The position numbers and the translations under genes are program-made. Below are positions 34,628 through 45,744 of a stretch of 64,000 nucleotides of DNA, piece by piece. The DNA is from Neoechinorhynchus agilis (taxonomy: Eukaryota > Animalia > Acanthocephala), in contig CM121342.1 of assembly GCA_051530055.1 (NCBI GenBank), positions 2,886,797 through 2,950,796 of the forward strand. The letters are read 5' to 3'. How positions within the stretch are numbered: the first letter of the stretch is position 1; each line of letters starts with the position of its first letter. The notes under the pieces were generated by a model. That model was not told the DNA's origin and made no database searches. It worked only from the letters and a program-made list of their open reading frames with translations.

Positions 34628-35177
34628 TTATTTGTCGATAGGAGAAAATCATCTTATTTATTGATCTTTTTTCCTGTTTACAAATGTATTCAATCAATCT
34701 TCATTTCTCGACAATTAACACACTCACCACCTCCCGCCGAATTCCAGCTTTTGTCCTTCCTCGACCGTCGCCATGACGCTGGCAGCATTGCCTCGTTGTA
34801 CTGCCAGCGAGATATTTTGCGGAAGGAATACGCCTGCTCTTGAGTCTCCGGTTGCCTCTCTCAATTTCTTCGAGAGATCCTGGAGCAGAGAGAGTGCCGA
34901 GCGCTCCATACGTCTTTACCCCAAATGGGACAAAATAGTGAGCCCTCGATAAGTGAAGATATTTCCGTATTTTCCTCCCTTCCGCTGTACTGGCGGCAGC
35001 ACCGGCGATTTCGAGGGAGAGGGGAATGTTGCTGGCTGCGAGGGTATCCACACACGTGGCGTCTCAGAGAAGGCATTTGCCCTCCCGCCAAGATCCGAGA
35101 TAGTGGATCGAAATATCCAATAAAATCTTAATTTCATTTATTTTCTCCTATCGACAAATAACAGTGAATTATCTTTT
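34628..35177 (-). mobile_element. CRE endonuclease/3'-UTR fragment bracketed by 22-bp inverted repeats and a 12-14 bp direct repeat
   Basis: WREGKCLL*DATCVDTLAAS...YFVPFGV, similar to CRE at 4.36-4.6 kb. Perfect inverted repeat at 34628-34649 / 35140-35161. caacagtatcaatt at 34616-34629 and 35178-35191. Confidence 0.8.
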
Positions 35178-35199
35178 CAACAGTATCAATTTATCAATA

Positions 35200-36800
35200 T
35201 CACAAAGAGGGCCCTTGTAACTTTGTGTCCTCTTGAACACTCGAGTTCTGATAGGATAAATGAATGTGGCCATTGATTTTGGTGTGGATTACAGGTCCGA
35301 TCAGTTGGGAATATACGGTCGGGTTGGAATACCGGTCAAGTTGGAAAGTTGGTTCTTATAAGGTTGGGTCTTTCCGTCGGTTGATTTCGATATCCGAGAA
35401 GATTGGGCAGTATGGAAAAAGGAGCGGAGGTAGAGGAAGGTGCGAGGTCGAAGGAAGATAAAAGGAATTGGGATTACGAGTGTTGTGCTCATGTGAAAAA
35501 GGGAATTTAATGTGGTAAAAATTATGGTGGTGGGGTTGAGAGGCGTTTTGATTGTTTGTTGAAAATTTCATAAAGTTATTCGATGAGCAGTGGAAAATCA
35601 ATTTTGCAAATTTTAGAAGTATTTTTATGAAACGTTTCAAGGCGATGGATTTGAGATTTAGAAGGGTTGCAAAATATGGGATAACAGTAGGTGAGGGAAT
35701 GTAAAATAATGTGAAGAATAATTTGTGGAGATCGGATGAGGGGATTCCTAAATGTCGGAGGCGTTCGAGGATGAAAAGTTTAAAGGCATTGCACTTGAGG
35801 GAGAATGAAATGTGCGAGTCCCATTTCAGATTTGATTAAAATTGGAGACCCAGAATTCTGAGAGGGGTGCCTCGTTGGATGCCATTTGGATGCTCTGGGT
35901 GGGATGTAGGGTTGCGGGAGAATGAGGGGATCATTTCGAAGCATTTAGAGAAATTCAGGTGGAGTTTGTGATTTTTGCAGAAATCTTTTATGTGTGTGAT
36001 TTCGTTAGAGATTAAGGAGAGGGAGAGGTTGTGACTGGGTGATGAGGGTGATATCATCGGCGTATAAGAAGAGTTTAGAGCGAGAGGAGACAGGTTTGAG
36101 GTTGTTTAGAAGAATATTAAAGAAAAGTGGTGACAGTACAGCACCTTGAGGTACGCCATTGGTGGAGAATAGGCTGATCGAGGAGGTAGAACAGCAGCGA
36201 ATGTATTGTTTGCGATTGTGAAGATAAGATTCGAGCCCGCGGATCTGTCACAAGTTGAGACCAAAATCGAAGTCGGCCCGGAGAAGGAGTGAATGGTCTA
36301 CGGAGTCGAATGCTTTTGACAAATCCAGTTAAATGAGACGGGTGAAGTGAGAGAAATCATTGTCGAGATTGGGTAGGAGAGTGCTTTTAATGAAGCCGAA
36401 TTGTAGGGGCGATAATTTGTTCCTGAGAAGTGGAAAAGGCGAAATTTAAAACATTTTTTGATAATTTTTGGAAAAGCGGGCAGAATGAATATTGGACTGA
36501 ATGATTCGGTGGAAATCGCAGGTCCATTTTTCGGAAGGATCACTTTTGCAGTTTTCAGGCACAAGGGGTAGATGCCACATAAAAAGCTGCGATTTTATAA
36601 TAAGGGTAAGAGGGTTCATGAGTTCGGGAATGATGCAGCTAAGAGCCCAATAGGAATTTCGGACTGAGAGGGCGAATTTCGAGGTAATCTCTTGAGATGT
36701 TGTAGAACTTTGTATGACAAAAATAAGGGGAGAATCGGAGAGTTGACAGAAGACTAGGCTGTGGGCGTGATAATTTGTATGGAGTTTGAGGAGCAGCGAA
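35200..36800 (-). mobile_element. Decayed APE-type LINE related to the 8.5-10.4 kb copy
   Basis: Extensive nucleotide similarity to 9.1-10.3 kb. FSPIFILPAFPKIIKKC, GVPQGAVLSP. Confidence 0.85.
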
Positions 36801-37180
36801 ATTATGCTTCGAAATTGTAAGATTTTTGTCTTAAGTCATGCAAATGAATTCTATTTTCTAGAAAGTAATTCCACGTCTCTCGTCGTTATTGAGCTTTGGC
36901 TTTCGGCCAATACACAAAATTAGGTGATTTTTGATACCCGTGAAATTAGTTTGGATTCATCAAAAAGTCTGTGTATCAAAAGCATCGTATCCTAAATATA
37001 AGCTTCATTAGTGTGCTTAATTTTTTAGCAAAAATTGCTCTTTTTTGGAATATATTTCCTTATTTTATTTTCTTAAACCAGCTCGGTGGCTTCAAGACAT
37101 TATCTCTTTTTTTGTCAAGATTCGACGCACGAAAAAATGAAGAAACGGATTATATTTTTCTCCAGAAACATGAACCTACA

Positions 37181-38904
37181 TCATGATCCATCAGTCCACT
37201 GACTTAGGGTTTCCGTCCTTGCATACAACTGCTTTGTCTTCTTGTCATAGATCGGAACTCGTTCGCTGGCCTGGACTGGAATCGTTTTCAAGTAGATATA
37301 AGCATGAGTACCGATTCCTTCAATGGAAACAAGGCGAAGGTCTCCGTTTAAGTACCTAGCGTACAGTCTGCTCAGAGGTAAACCGCATCCATACCCTGCT
37401 AATGGAGTCACTCCATGCGGTTCCAATGTGTCCTCATGAGCAAGACTTTTATCCCTCGCTGTGGTGTACATATAGTCAAACATTTTCTTAGCAACATCTA
37501 TCGGAACTCCACCTCCCTGATCGCTGATTCTAATCGTAAAGTCTTCAGGTCCTTTGACGACATTGACTTGAATTGGTGCACATCGAGTGTACTTTTTCTT
37601 TTCCTGTTTGGTCATGTCACGCAAGTGAACCGATGAATCATATAGACCACCGGATCTCGTCTAAAACGAACATATGACAAGAACAGAGGGTTTAACTGGT
37701 CAAAGCTCGCTGGCCCATGATCAAGAGTAGCTTTAATTGAGTTCTTCATTAACTCAAATGCCATCAGATGGAGATGAGACGGAATATATGGGCATACAAG
37801 CTGTTCTCCTCCTTCCTCAATCGTACTGCCATTCATAGTCATCAGAAGTTCAGGACAGCGATCGTACGTCTGTTCACAAACATCTCTAGCACTCATATAG
37901 GCATGCTCAAGTACTGTACCGACATTACTGAAGAAGATTGCGACTTAAAGAAGATAATAGGATTGTTTTTCTTCGTACTAGTTTTTGAAAGAAGTTTATT
38001 AAAATGATTGATAGGAAAGTGCAGCTTTAATTTATAAATACTGAAACCAAATAGCAACCAGCTCGATAAACTTATTCTTTACGACCTTTCTACACTTCAT
38101 AGGACGCCTAATCAATCGAAATTCTGGGGGAAATTTAGTGCACGTCCCGTCCTCGCAACCATCTTATCTACAATTTGGATCAATATACGTCCTCGACCGC
38201 TTCATTCGTTGTCCGACTCCACCAAAACTGCTATCAATACGCCTCTGTGCTTCAATTCTTGAACTTGTTTCCATTCCTTCGTTAAAAGCGTTCAAATAAG
38301 CATCGATGTGCTGTTGCATTATCATTCGAACGGCGATCCGATTCATAAAGAATCGGTCAAGGAAGTTTTTAGCTCGTTCGTCGTGCTTTCCGTGAGGGTC
38401 ATGAAGATCTTTGTATTGTATGAATGCAGTAGCCATGAGTTCAACGACGTTGTTGTGGCGCTCAAGAAGTTCATGAATTGTGATGAAAAAGAAATCGATT
38501 AGAGCAACCGCTTCCTCTTTTGGTTTCGATGAGACATCAGCCGGAAAAGACAGTATTTCAGATAATGTAATTTGATAGAGATCGCGTATAAAGGACAGCG
38601 AATTTATGTTGGTAAGTTCGCCCGGCAGATTTTCGATTTCCATTATCATTGCACTTATCCTAACAGGAAGTTCTCGCCGGAGGAATTTGTAACACTTGAA
38701 TGGATCCTCGCCTGAACTGAGCTGCAGCATTTGGTTAATGGTAAGTGCTGTTGGCTGAATCGAAGCATGCCGAAATATAGCGTTTTTGAGTTGTTCTCCT
38801 CGAAGTGGTGGATCGCTCGATTGAGGATTGTAGCTAAGTGGTCGTATGTACGATGATTTGCGAAACACGAATCGAGTAAGTTGAAGTGATCGACGAATGT
38901 ACAT
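37181..38904 (-). CDS. PDK: Mitochondrial pyruvate dehydrogenase kinase (GHKL family), spliced
   Basis: FLRRELPVR, FLDRFFMNRIAVRM, IDPN, ELMKNSIKAT, ISDQGGG, LAGYGCGLPLSRLYARY. Basic transit-peptide-like N-terminus. Introns at ~37.94-38.17 kb and 37604-37650. Confidence 0.95.
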
Positions 38905-39354
38905 CTAAAACTACATTTATTATTCCTAATCTTAGCATCTTTGCTGAAGGTTGTTATGCGCCGTGCTTGCATTAGCGGATGACGAATCTGGGAACATCTT
39001 CGAAACCCTTTTACGACCATGTGAGAATGACAAAGGATGTTCACTACGAGACATATGCGTATTTGAATGACAAGGGGAAATAGATTTTTCGACCAATAAG
39101 CGAAGGGTTCTACTAATACAATTGAAAGTTCGTCTCAGAGGTGCGTTCAAATATTTAATGAATATCTAAATGACGATAGTAATGTGCTCGAACATACTAA
39201 AACTTTGCATTAGTTTGCACAGGGGAATAATAAGCTTTAACTTGGAGGATGTATTAATTTAAGCAATAATCAATCATCAACCATCAATTAATATAAAAGT
39301 AAATCCGAAAATTAACGTCGAATCATTTATTGTGCATTTGCGGTTGAGACGTGG

Positions 39355-41545
39355 GTCACACTTTTGAATGAATTAAGTTACAAAGAATTTGTGCAATATT
39401 CGCAACGCTAACACGGGTTTAATCAACCTGCGAAAGATCCCAGAAAAGCGACTTCGTAGATTTTTTATGTAAAAGATTTTAGATTTATGCTGAAATTAAT
39501 CATCTCAAAAATCCATAGACACACTGAAACTTCATCTAGAAAATAATAAAGGATTGGAAATGAGTATTTAGACTGAGACGATCTCCTTATGGTCGCTGGC
39601 TGTTTATACAATTGAATTTACAGTACATTTTGAACAAAAAACGCAGGAGAATTATGGATAAATCCCGGGACGCCCGTCGCACTTTTGAATGAATTTAGTT
39701 TTAATAAATTGATGGAATATTCGAAACGCTAACACGGATTTGATCCATTAATGAAAGATCCCAGAAAAGCGACTGCGTTGATCTTTTTTATGTAAAAGAT
39801 TTTTGGGTTATGCTGAAATTAATGATCTCCAAAATCAATAGACACACTGAAACTTTATCTAGAAAATAATAAAGGATTGGAAATGAGTATTTAGACTGAG
39901 ACGATCTCTTTATGGTCGCTGGCTATTTATACAAATGAATTTACAGTACATTTAGAACAAAAAAAGCAGGAGAATTCAAGATAAATCCTGGGACGTCTGT
40001 CGCACTTTTGAATGAATTTAGTTTCAAAAAATTGATGGAATATTCGAAACGCTAACACGGATTTGATCCATTGATGAAAGATCCCAGAAAAGCGACTGCG
40101 TAGATTTTTTATGTAAAAGATTTTAGGGTTATGCTGAAATTAATGATCTCCAAAATCCATAGCCACACTGAAACTTCATCTAGAAAATAATAAAGGATTG
40201 GAAATGAGTATTTAGACTGAGACGATCTCTTTATGGTCGCTGGCTGTTTATACAAATGAATTTACAGTACATTTAGAACAAAAACAAACGCAGGAGAATT
40301 CAAGATAAATCCTGGGACGTCTGTCGCACTTTTGAATGAATTTAGTTTCAAAAAATTGATGGAATATTCGAAACGCTAACACGGATTTGATCCATCGGTG
40401 AAAGATCCCAGAAAAGCGACTGCGTAGATCTTTTTTATGTAAAAGATTTTAGGGTTATGCTGAAATTAATGATCTCCAAAATCCATAGCCACACTGAAAC
40501 CTCATCTAGAAAATAATAAAGGATTGGAAATGAGTATTTAGACTGAGACGATCTCTTTATGGTCGCTGGCTGTTTATACAAATGAATTTACAGTACATTT
40601 AGAACAAAAAACGCAGGAGAATTCAGGATAAATCCTGGGACGTCTGTCGCACTTTTGAATGAATTTAGTTTCAAAAAATTGATGGAATATTCGAAACGCT
40701 AACACAGATTTGATCCATTAATGAAAGATCCCAGAAAAGCGACTGCGTAGATTTTTTATGTAAAAGATTTTAGGGTTATGCTGAAATTAATGATCTCCAA
40801 AATCCATAGGCACACTGAAACCTCATCTAGAAAATAATAAAGGATTGGAAATGAGTATTTAGACTGAGACGATCTCTTTATGGTCGCTGGCTGTTTATAC
40901 AAATGAATTTAAAGTACATTTAGAACAAAAAACGCAGGAGAATTCAGGATAAATCCTGGGACGTCTGTAACACTTTTGAATGAATTTAGTTTTAAAAAAT
41001 TGATGGAATATTTGAAACGCTAACACGGATTTAATCCATTAATGAAAGATCCCAGAAAAGCGACTGCGTAGATTTTTTATGTAAAAGATTTTAAGGTTAT
41101 GCTGAAATTAATGATCTCCAAAATCCATAGACACACTGAAACTTTATCTAGAAAATAAGAAAATGATTGGAAATGAGTATTTAGACTGAGACGATCTCCT
41201 GGTGGTCGCTGGCTGTTTATACAATTGAATTTACAGTACATTTAGAACAAAAAAAGGCAGCAGAAATCAAGATAAATCCTGGGACGTCTGTCACACTTTT
41301 GAATGAATTTAGTTTTAAAAAATTGATGGAATATTCGAAACGCTAACACGGATTTGATCCATTAATGAAAGATCCCAGAAAAGTGACTGCGTAGATTTTT
41401 TTATGTAAAAGATTTTACGGTTATGCTGAAATTAATGATCTCCAAAATCCATAGCCACACTGAAACTTCATCTAGAAAATAATAAAGGATTGGAAATGAG
41501 TATTTAGACTGAGACGATCTCTTTATGGTCGCTGGCGGTTACATT
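39355..41545. repeat. Tandem array of ~323-bp units (~6.7 copies)
   Basis: acttttgaatgaatt recurs at 39360, 39681, 40004, 40328, 40651, 40972 and 41295. The first copy is the most diverged. Confidence 0.97.
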
Positions 41546-42710
41546 GGAAACAAAAAGGCCGGAGAATTCAGAATGGAGTTTCCATGTTCGAATTCACAGA
41601 TATCTCAATAATTGTCAATATCGAAAAGTGAAAGACAGTCTCGCACCGTTAGATTTCAGTGCATTATTTCAGACTTGAACGTCCATATTTAAAGATCCAA
41701 CACATTCTTCAGAGGTTTCAACAAAGAAACGAACAAAATACCCTATTATACTTGCGGATTTAAATCCTCTCTTTTAAAACACGACGGCAGATTTAAAAAA
41801 AATCAAAGCACCGTTTTAATCATCTTTCTTTCTGCTATTCCAGGAGAGCGAAATCGAGTTTCAAAGATTCGACGTACAAATGAAATTCGACCATTCTGAG
41901 CTTTGGTTGAACATAAATCAGTTTATCTTCTTGATAGGATTCTGATTGATTTTGTGAGAATTTAATTCGTTAATACAACTCGAATCTATGAGTCTCTGAG
42001 ATTCTCCCGATCGTCATGTGGGTAGCGTACCTCGTCATTTGAATTTTAATCAGAAAAATATATAAAGCATTAAACTTACTTTTTAAATTTGTCAACTAAT
42101 TTTAATCTTGTGGAATACTACTTTTTTTCCCAAGGAAAGCTTAGAAATATTTTTCTTTTTCATTGCATCTTTGCGATGACTAATAAAAAAACAATGATTT
42201 TAGGTGTGTTTATGGCGTAAGATCCTTTAATTCACCACAATTTTATACGCGTTTTCTTGTAAATTAAAATTGATTTTAATAAATTCTTAAAAATTATTGG
42301 CGCTTCAATCTTTCCCAAAAGCGAAACTGTTAAATAACGCATTGACGCTCAAAGTGAGCGTTGTGTCCAAAAACGAGTACATCTGCGAGGAAAAGACGGC
42401 TTTTACGAGCTTGTAGATTCTTTGTGCGTTGCGAGTTAAAGAGTCGTCGATGATTCATAAAAATCTTGATAAAATCGATTTTATAAATGATTACGGCTGG
42501 TTTCTTCGATGAGCGGTCGGTGTCAATGATTTCTGCTCCAAGATTGAGAGGGAAATGGTACGAAAAATGAAAATAAAATTTAAGGAAGAAGATGACAATA
42601 ATAATGGAAGGGAATTTTATGAGAATGTCGAAGATTATTTGGGAAGGCGGAACGAACTTTATTTTCATACCATTTTTGTGTGTTTTATTTCAAATGTCGC
42701 TTAGGATTCA
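41506..42710 (+). pseudogene. Possible fragmented plus-strand coding sequence of unknown product
   Basis: Short protein-like frames (TETISLWSLAV...LDFSALFQT; DFCSKIEREMVRKMK...FYENVEDYL) broken by stops or possible introns. No family recognised. Confidence 0.25.
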
Positions 42711-44889
42711 ATCCAATGTTTCTAAGATCCATAAGTGCCTTTTCTTTTTTTGTGTTATCCTCAGAGGAAAGCGCGGAATGTGCCGCACAAATAATTTCAA
42801 AACTGTCTTCTTTAAGAAGTTCTCTAAGAAGTATACATATTCCATGAGAGTATAATGACGAAGTTGGAAACACGGCAAATATCCATTTGCTCGAGAGAAC
42901 AACCATTGTAGTAGCCAAAGTCAATGCATTCAATAAATTTCGTTCTTGTGCTAAACACAGCTTCAAGCGCTCTCGAATACTATAGAGAAACTGTTTTTCT
43001 TCTGATTTGCTAAATTCTTCATTAAAGACATTCCCAGAGTCATACTTCGCTGCTTTTGTTTCATAAAAGGATTCCGAGAAGGCAAAAGCAGTAGAAAAGG
43101 TAAAGTGTCTCAAGATGCGTTTTAGATTGATCCAAGAAGCTCTTTATGTCGCTCGCGTTCTTGCTGTAGGAATCAATAATCGCTTCGATGGAAGGATCCA
43201 AAGGTTCATCAAAGGATGCATCTTCAATTTTCACGCCTTTCTTTACCATTTTGTCCAAAATGTAATTGACGAGATCCCGACATGCCGTCTCGTACAGATT
43301 CTTTTCGTACAGGTCTTTATATTCCTCAAAGTCCGTTTTGTCGTCGATTTGGCCCAATAGGTTCATTAGGGCAGATATTTGGATTGAAGATAATCGGATT
43401 TCATTAAACATGGCACTGACCTGAACGCTTTGTTCTTTCAATTCCCCTTCTCGTCGTTTAATTTCGCGTTCCATCACCAAACGCCATTCTCTAACGTTGG
43501 ACTCAACGTAGCAGCGAATAAAGTCCTTTAAAGAAATGATTAACGTAACGTTTCAACCACCGCTGATACATCAATCAAATCAATATAAAGTGATCAGCGA
43601 TTAGAGCTCCAGTGTCGACGTTTCTCGATGTGGCATTAGCGAACTTTGAGTTTGAAGAAATAAGGAATTTGCAAACCTCCTCAGTCGTCATTAAGCCTTC
43701 CGCTTTTTCGTTCATAACAATGATTTCGACAACACGATGGCAATATTCTTCCAATGAACATCGGACTTCTTTGATGAAATCAGCGGACATTAGAACACAA
43801 GCGTTTTCGTGAATGCATTCTGTGAAATCGAAGAAATGAAGGCGTAATTCCTTTAAAAAGGTCCTATAATCCGACTGAGAAAAACAAACGGGTAGATAAT
43901 CAGAAATGTCGATTACTTGTTCAGACTTTAAAGCTTCTTTACATTCCTCTAGTAGCATATTTAAATGCACCGTGGACATTAAGCATGATTCAAATTCGAT
44001 AGCATCCATCTCCGGCACACTTAAACTCCTATATTTTGAATTACGTTTAAGAAATTCTCGCTCAATAAACCCATCCTTTTTCATACGATCTTTTACAACT
44101 TCTTCTACTTTATGGCAAAAGATGTTAGGAACGTACATTCCATCAACTGTAACAGTGCCGTTTATCAAGACTGGTGTTTTTATTAAGAGTTTTCGAAAGT
44201 TAAAAACACCAGTCTTCATTTAATTTTCCTTTTCCCAGCGCTTCATCTATAACCCGTGGATCAATTCCGATTTTCTGGCACAAATTCCTAAGTTGAATAG
44301 GACGAGTTCTAGCCTGAAGAGCACCGATCAGCATCATACATTGACGTTCAACAAAGGCTGGGACATAGACATAATCACGCCGATCGCTCATTCGAACCTT
44401 GCATTGTGGATGCTTGAGCAGAAGCGTTAATAGCTTTAATGATAGATTCATCTGGCTCATAACTGTACAAACGTTGATTGATTTTCGTTCTTCGACATAA
44501 TCATTAAGGTCTTCTGTAAGTTCCGCGATGTGTGACCGAGTAAACAGTTCAGTGGATAATTCACATATCTCGTCAGATTTACAACGAGAAATCATTTCAG
44601 GGATATGAGGCGCGATGTGAACCATATCGACGTTTAGCGCAGTTTGAAGGTCATCTCGACTCATCCTGCCACTAGAACGAACGCAATCTTCTAATTCAAT
44701 TGAAAGACGGTCGTCTGTGATGCACTCTTGTCCATCCATTGTATAGTATAGTTTTATTTTTTGGTTTGTCATTAGTAGGTTCAGTAGTTCAATGCAGTTC
44801 GACTCGGTAAGACGTTTCTGGTTGGAATCGTCCGCCATAAGATCCTCCAGCTGAGCCGCTAGACTTTCGATTTCGTCCCATGAAGTCAT
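42685..44889 (-). CDS. UFL1: E3 UFM1-protein ligase 1 homolog (two junctions not resolved by canonical splicing)
   Basis: The N-terminus MTSWDEIESLAAQL...RLTESNCIELL...YTMDGQECIT...GRMSRDDLQTALNVD matches the UFL1 family N-terminus. Continues in ORFs 43575-44219, 43061-43480 and 42685-43113. Confidence 0.88.
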
Positions 44890-45744
44890 CTCAATATCAA
44901 AACTAGATTTTTAACAGAAAGAAATCGTAGTTTAGGTCGCTTGTCGATACCATAAAGAGAGATCATTGTAGCCAGGGGGTTGAACTCCGAAATACAGATA
45001 AAAAAGTGACTGAGGAAAGAAACGTTCGAAAACGAGTGCACCGTCTTGGCAATCCAAACTGAGACCTAAGGATGGGAGTACTTTCTTAATGTCTCCTCAA
45101 ATTCCGGGTAAAGCATTTATTTCTTGAACATAAATTCGTTTTTATTCAGATCTACGTGGCTAACGATTCCGGGTTCCTGAGTCAATATGAACAATCATGT
45201 CGTCTTTAATGATCCCTCCCGGTTGTCAACAAGCGACCTGAACAACAATATCTCTAACAGCCCGAATGTAATCCTCAATAGAAAAAAATCGGTACGAAAT
45301 CAGCCAACGCACAAAAATGTTCATACAAAGTTGAAATAGTAATTATATAGTGCTCATGCTAGGTGAAACTTAAAAAAAGGCACAAAGATCGAATCACAAT
45401 TTTTGGAATAGAGCAATCTAGCAAAGAGCGTACCAGATTATGGCCACGATTAAAATTCAGCTATCATACTCGAAGAGGTAGAACGAATGTGAATATTCGG
45501 AAAGAATAATAGAAAAAGCATAAGTAGTTTCAGCTTCCGAAACGAATAAAGAGCAAAACGCCTACAGTAATTAGTTCAACAACGTAACCATGAAATATCA
45601 ATGATTTTCCTCGTTTGCTTTTCCAATGCGACGTAAGCGACTGCAAACTACGCGTAAAAAATTACAGAACCCAACGAGTACCATCCGGGAACGATTAACG
45701 CGGATAACGAGACACACGTGAAGCAAAAATGTGTACATGCACAT

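Noticed and set aside
37604-37696. Apparent missing G or non-canonical splicing in PDK
   Set aside because: A canonical 47-nt GT-AG intron (37604-37650) restores the frame. The upstream intron also has a canonical solution.
42330-42668. 112-aa minus-strand ORF downstream of UFL1
   Set aside because: AT-rich, F/I-biased composition with no motif. The opposite strand looks more protein-like.
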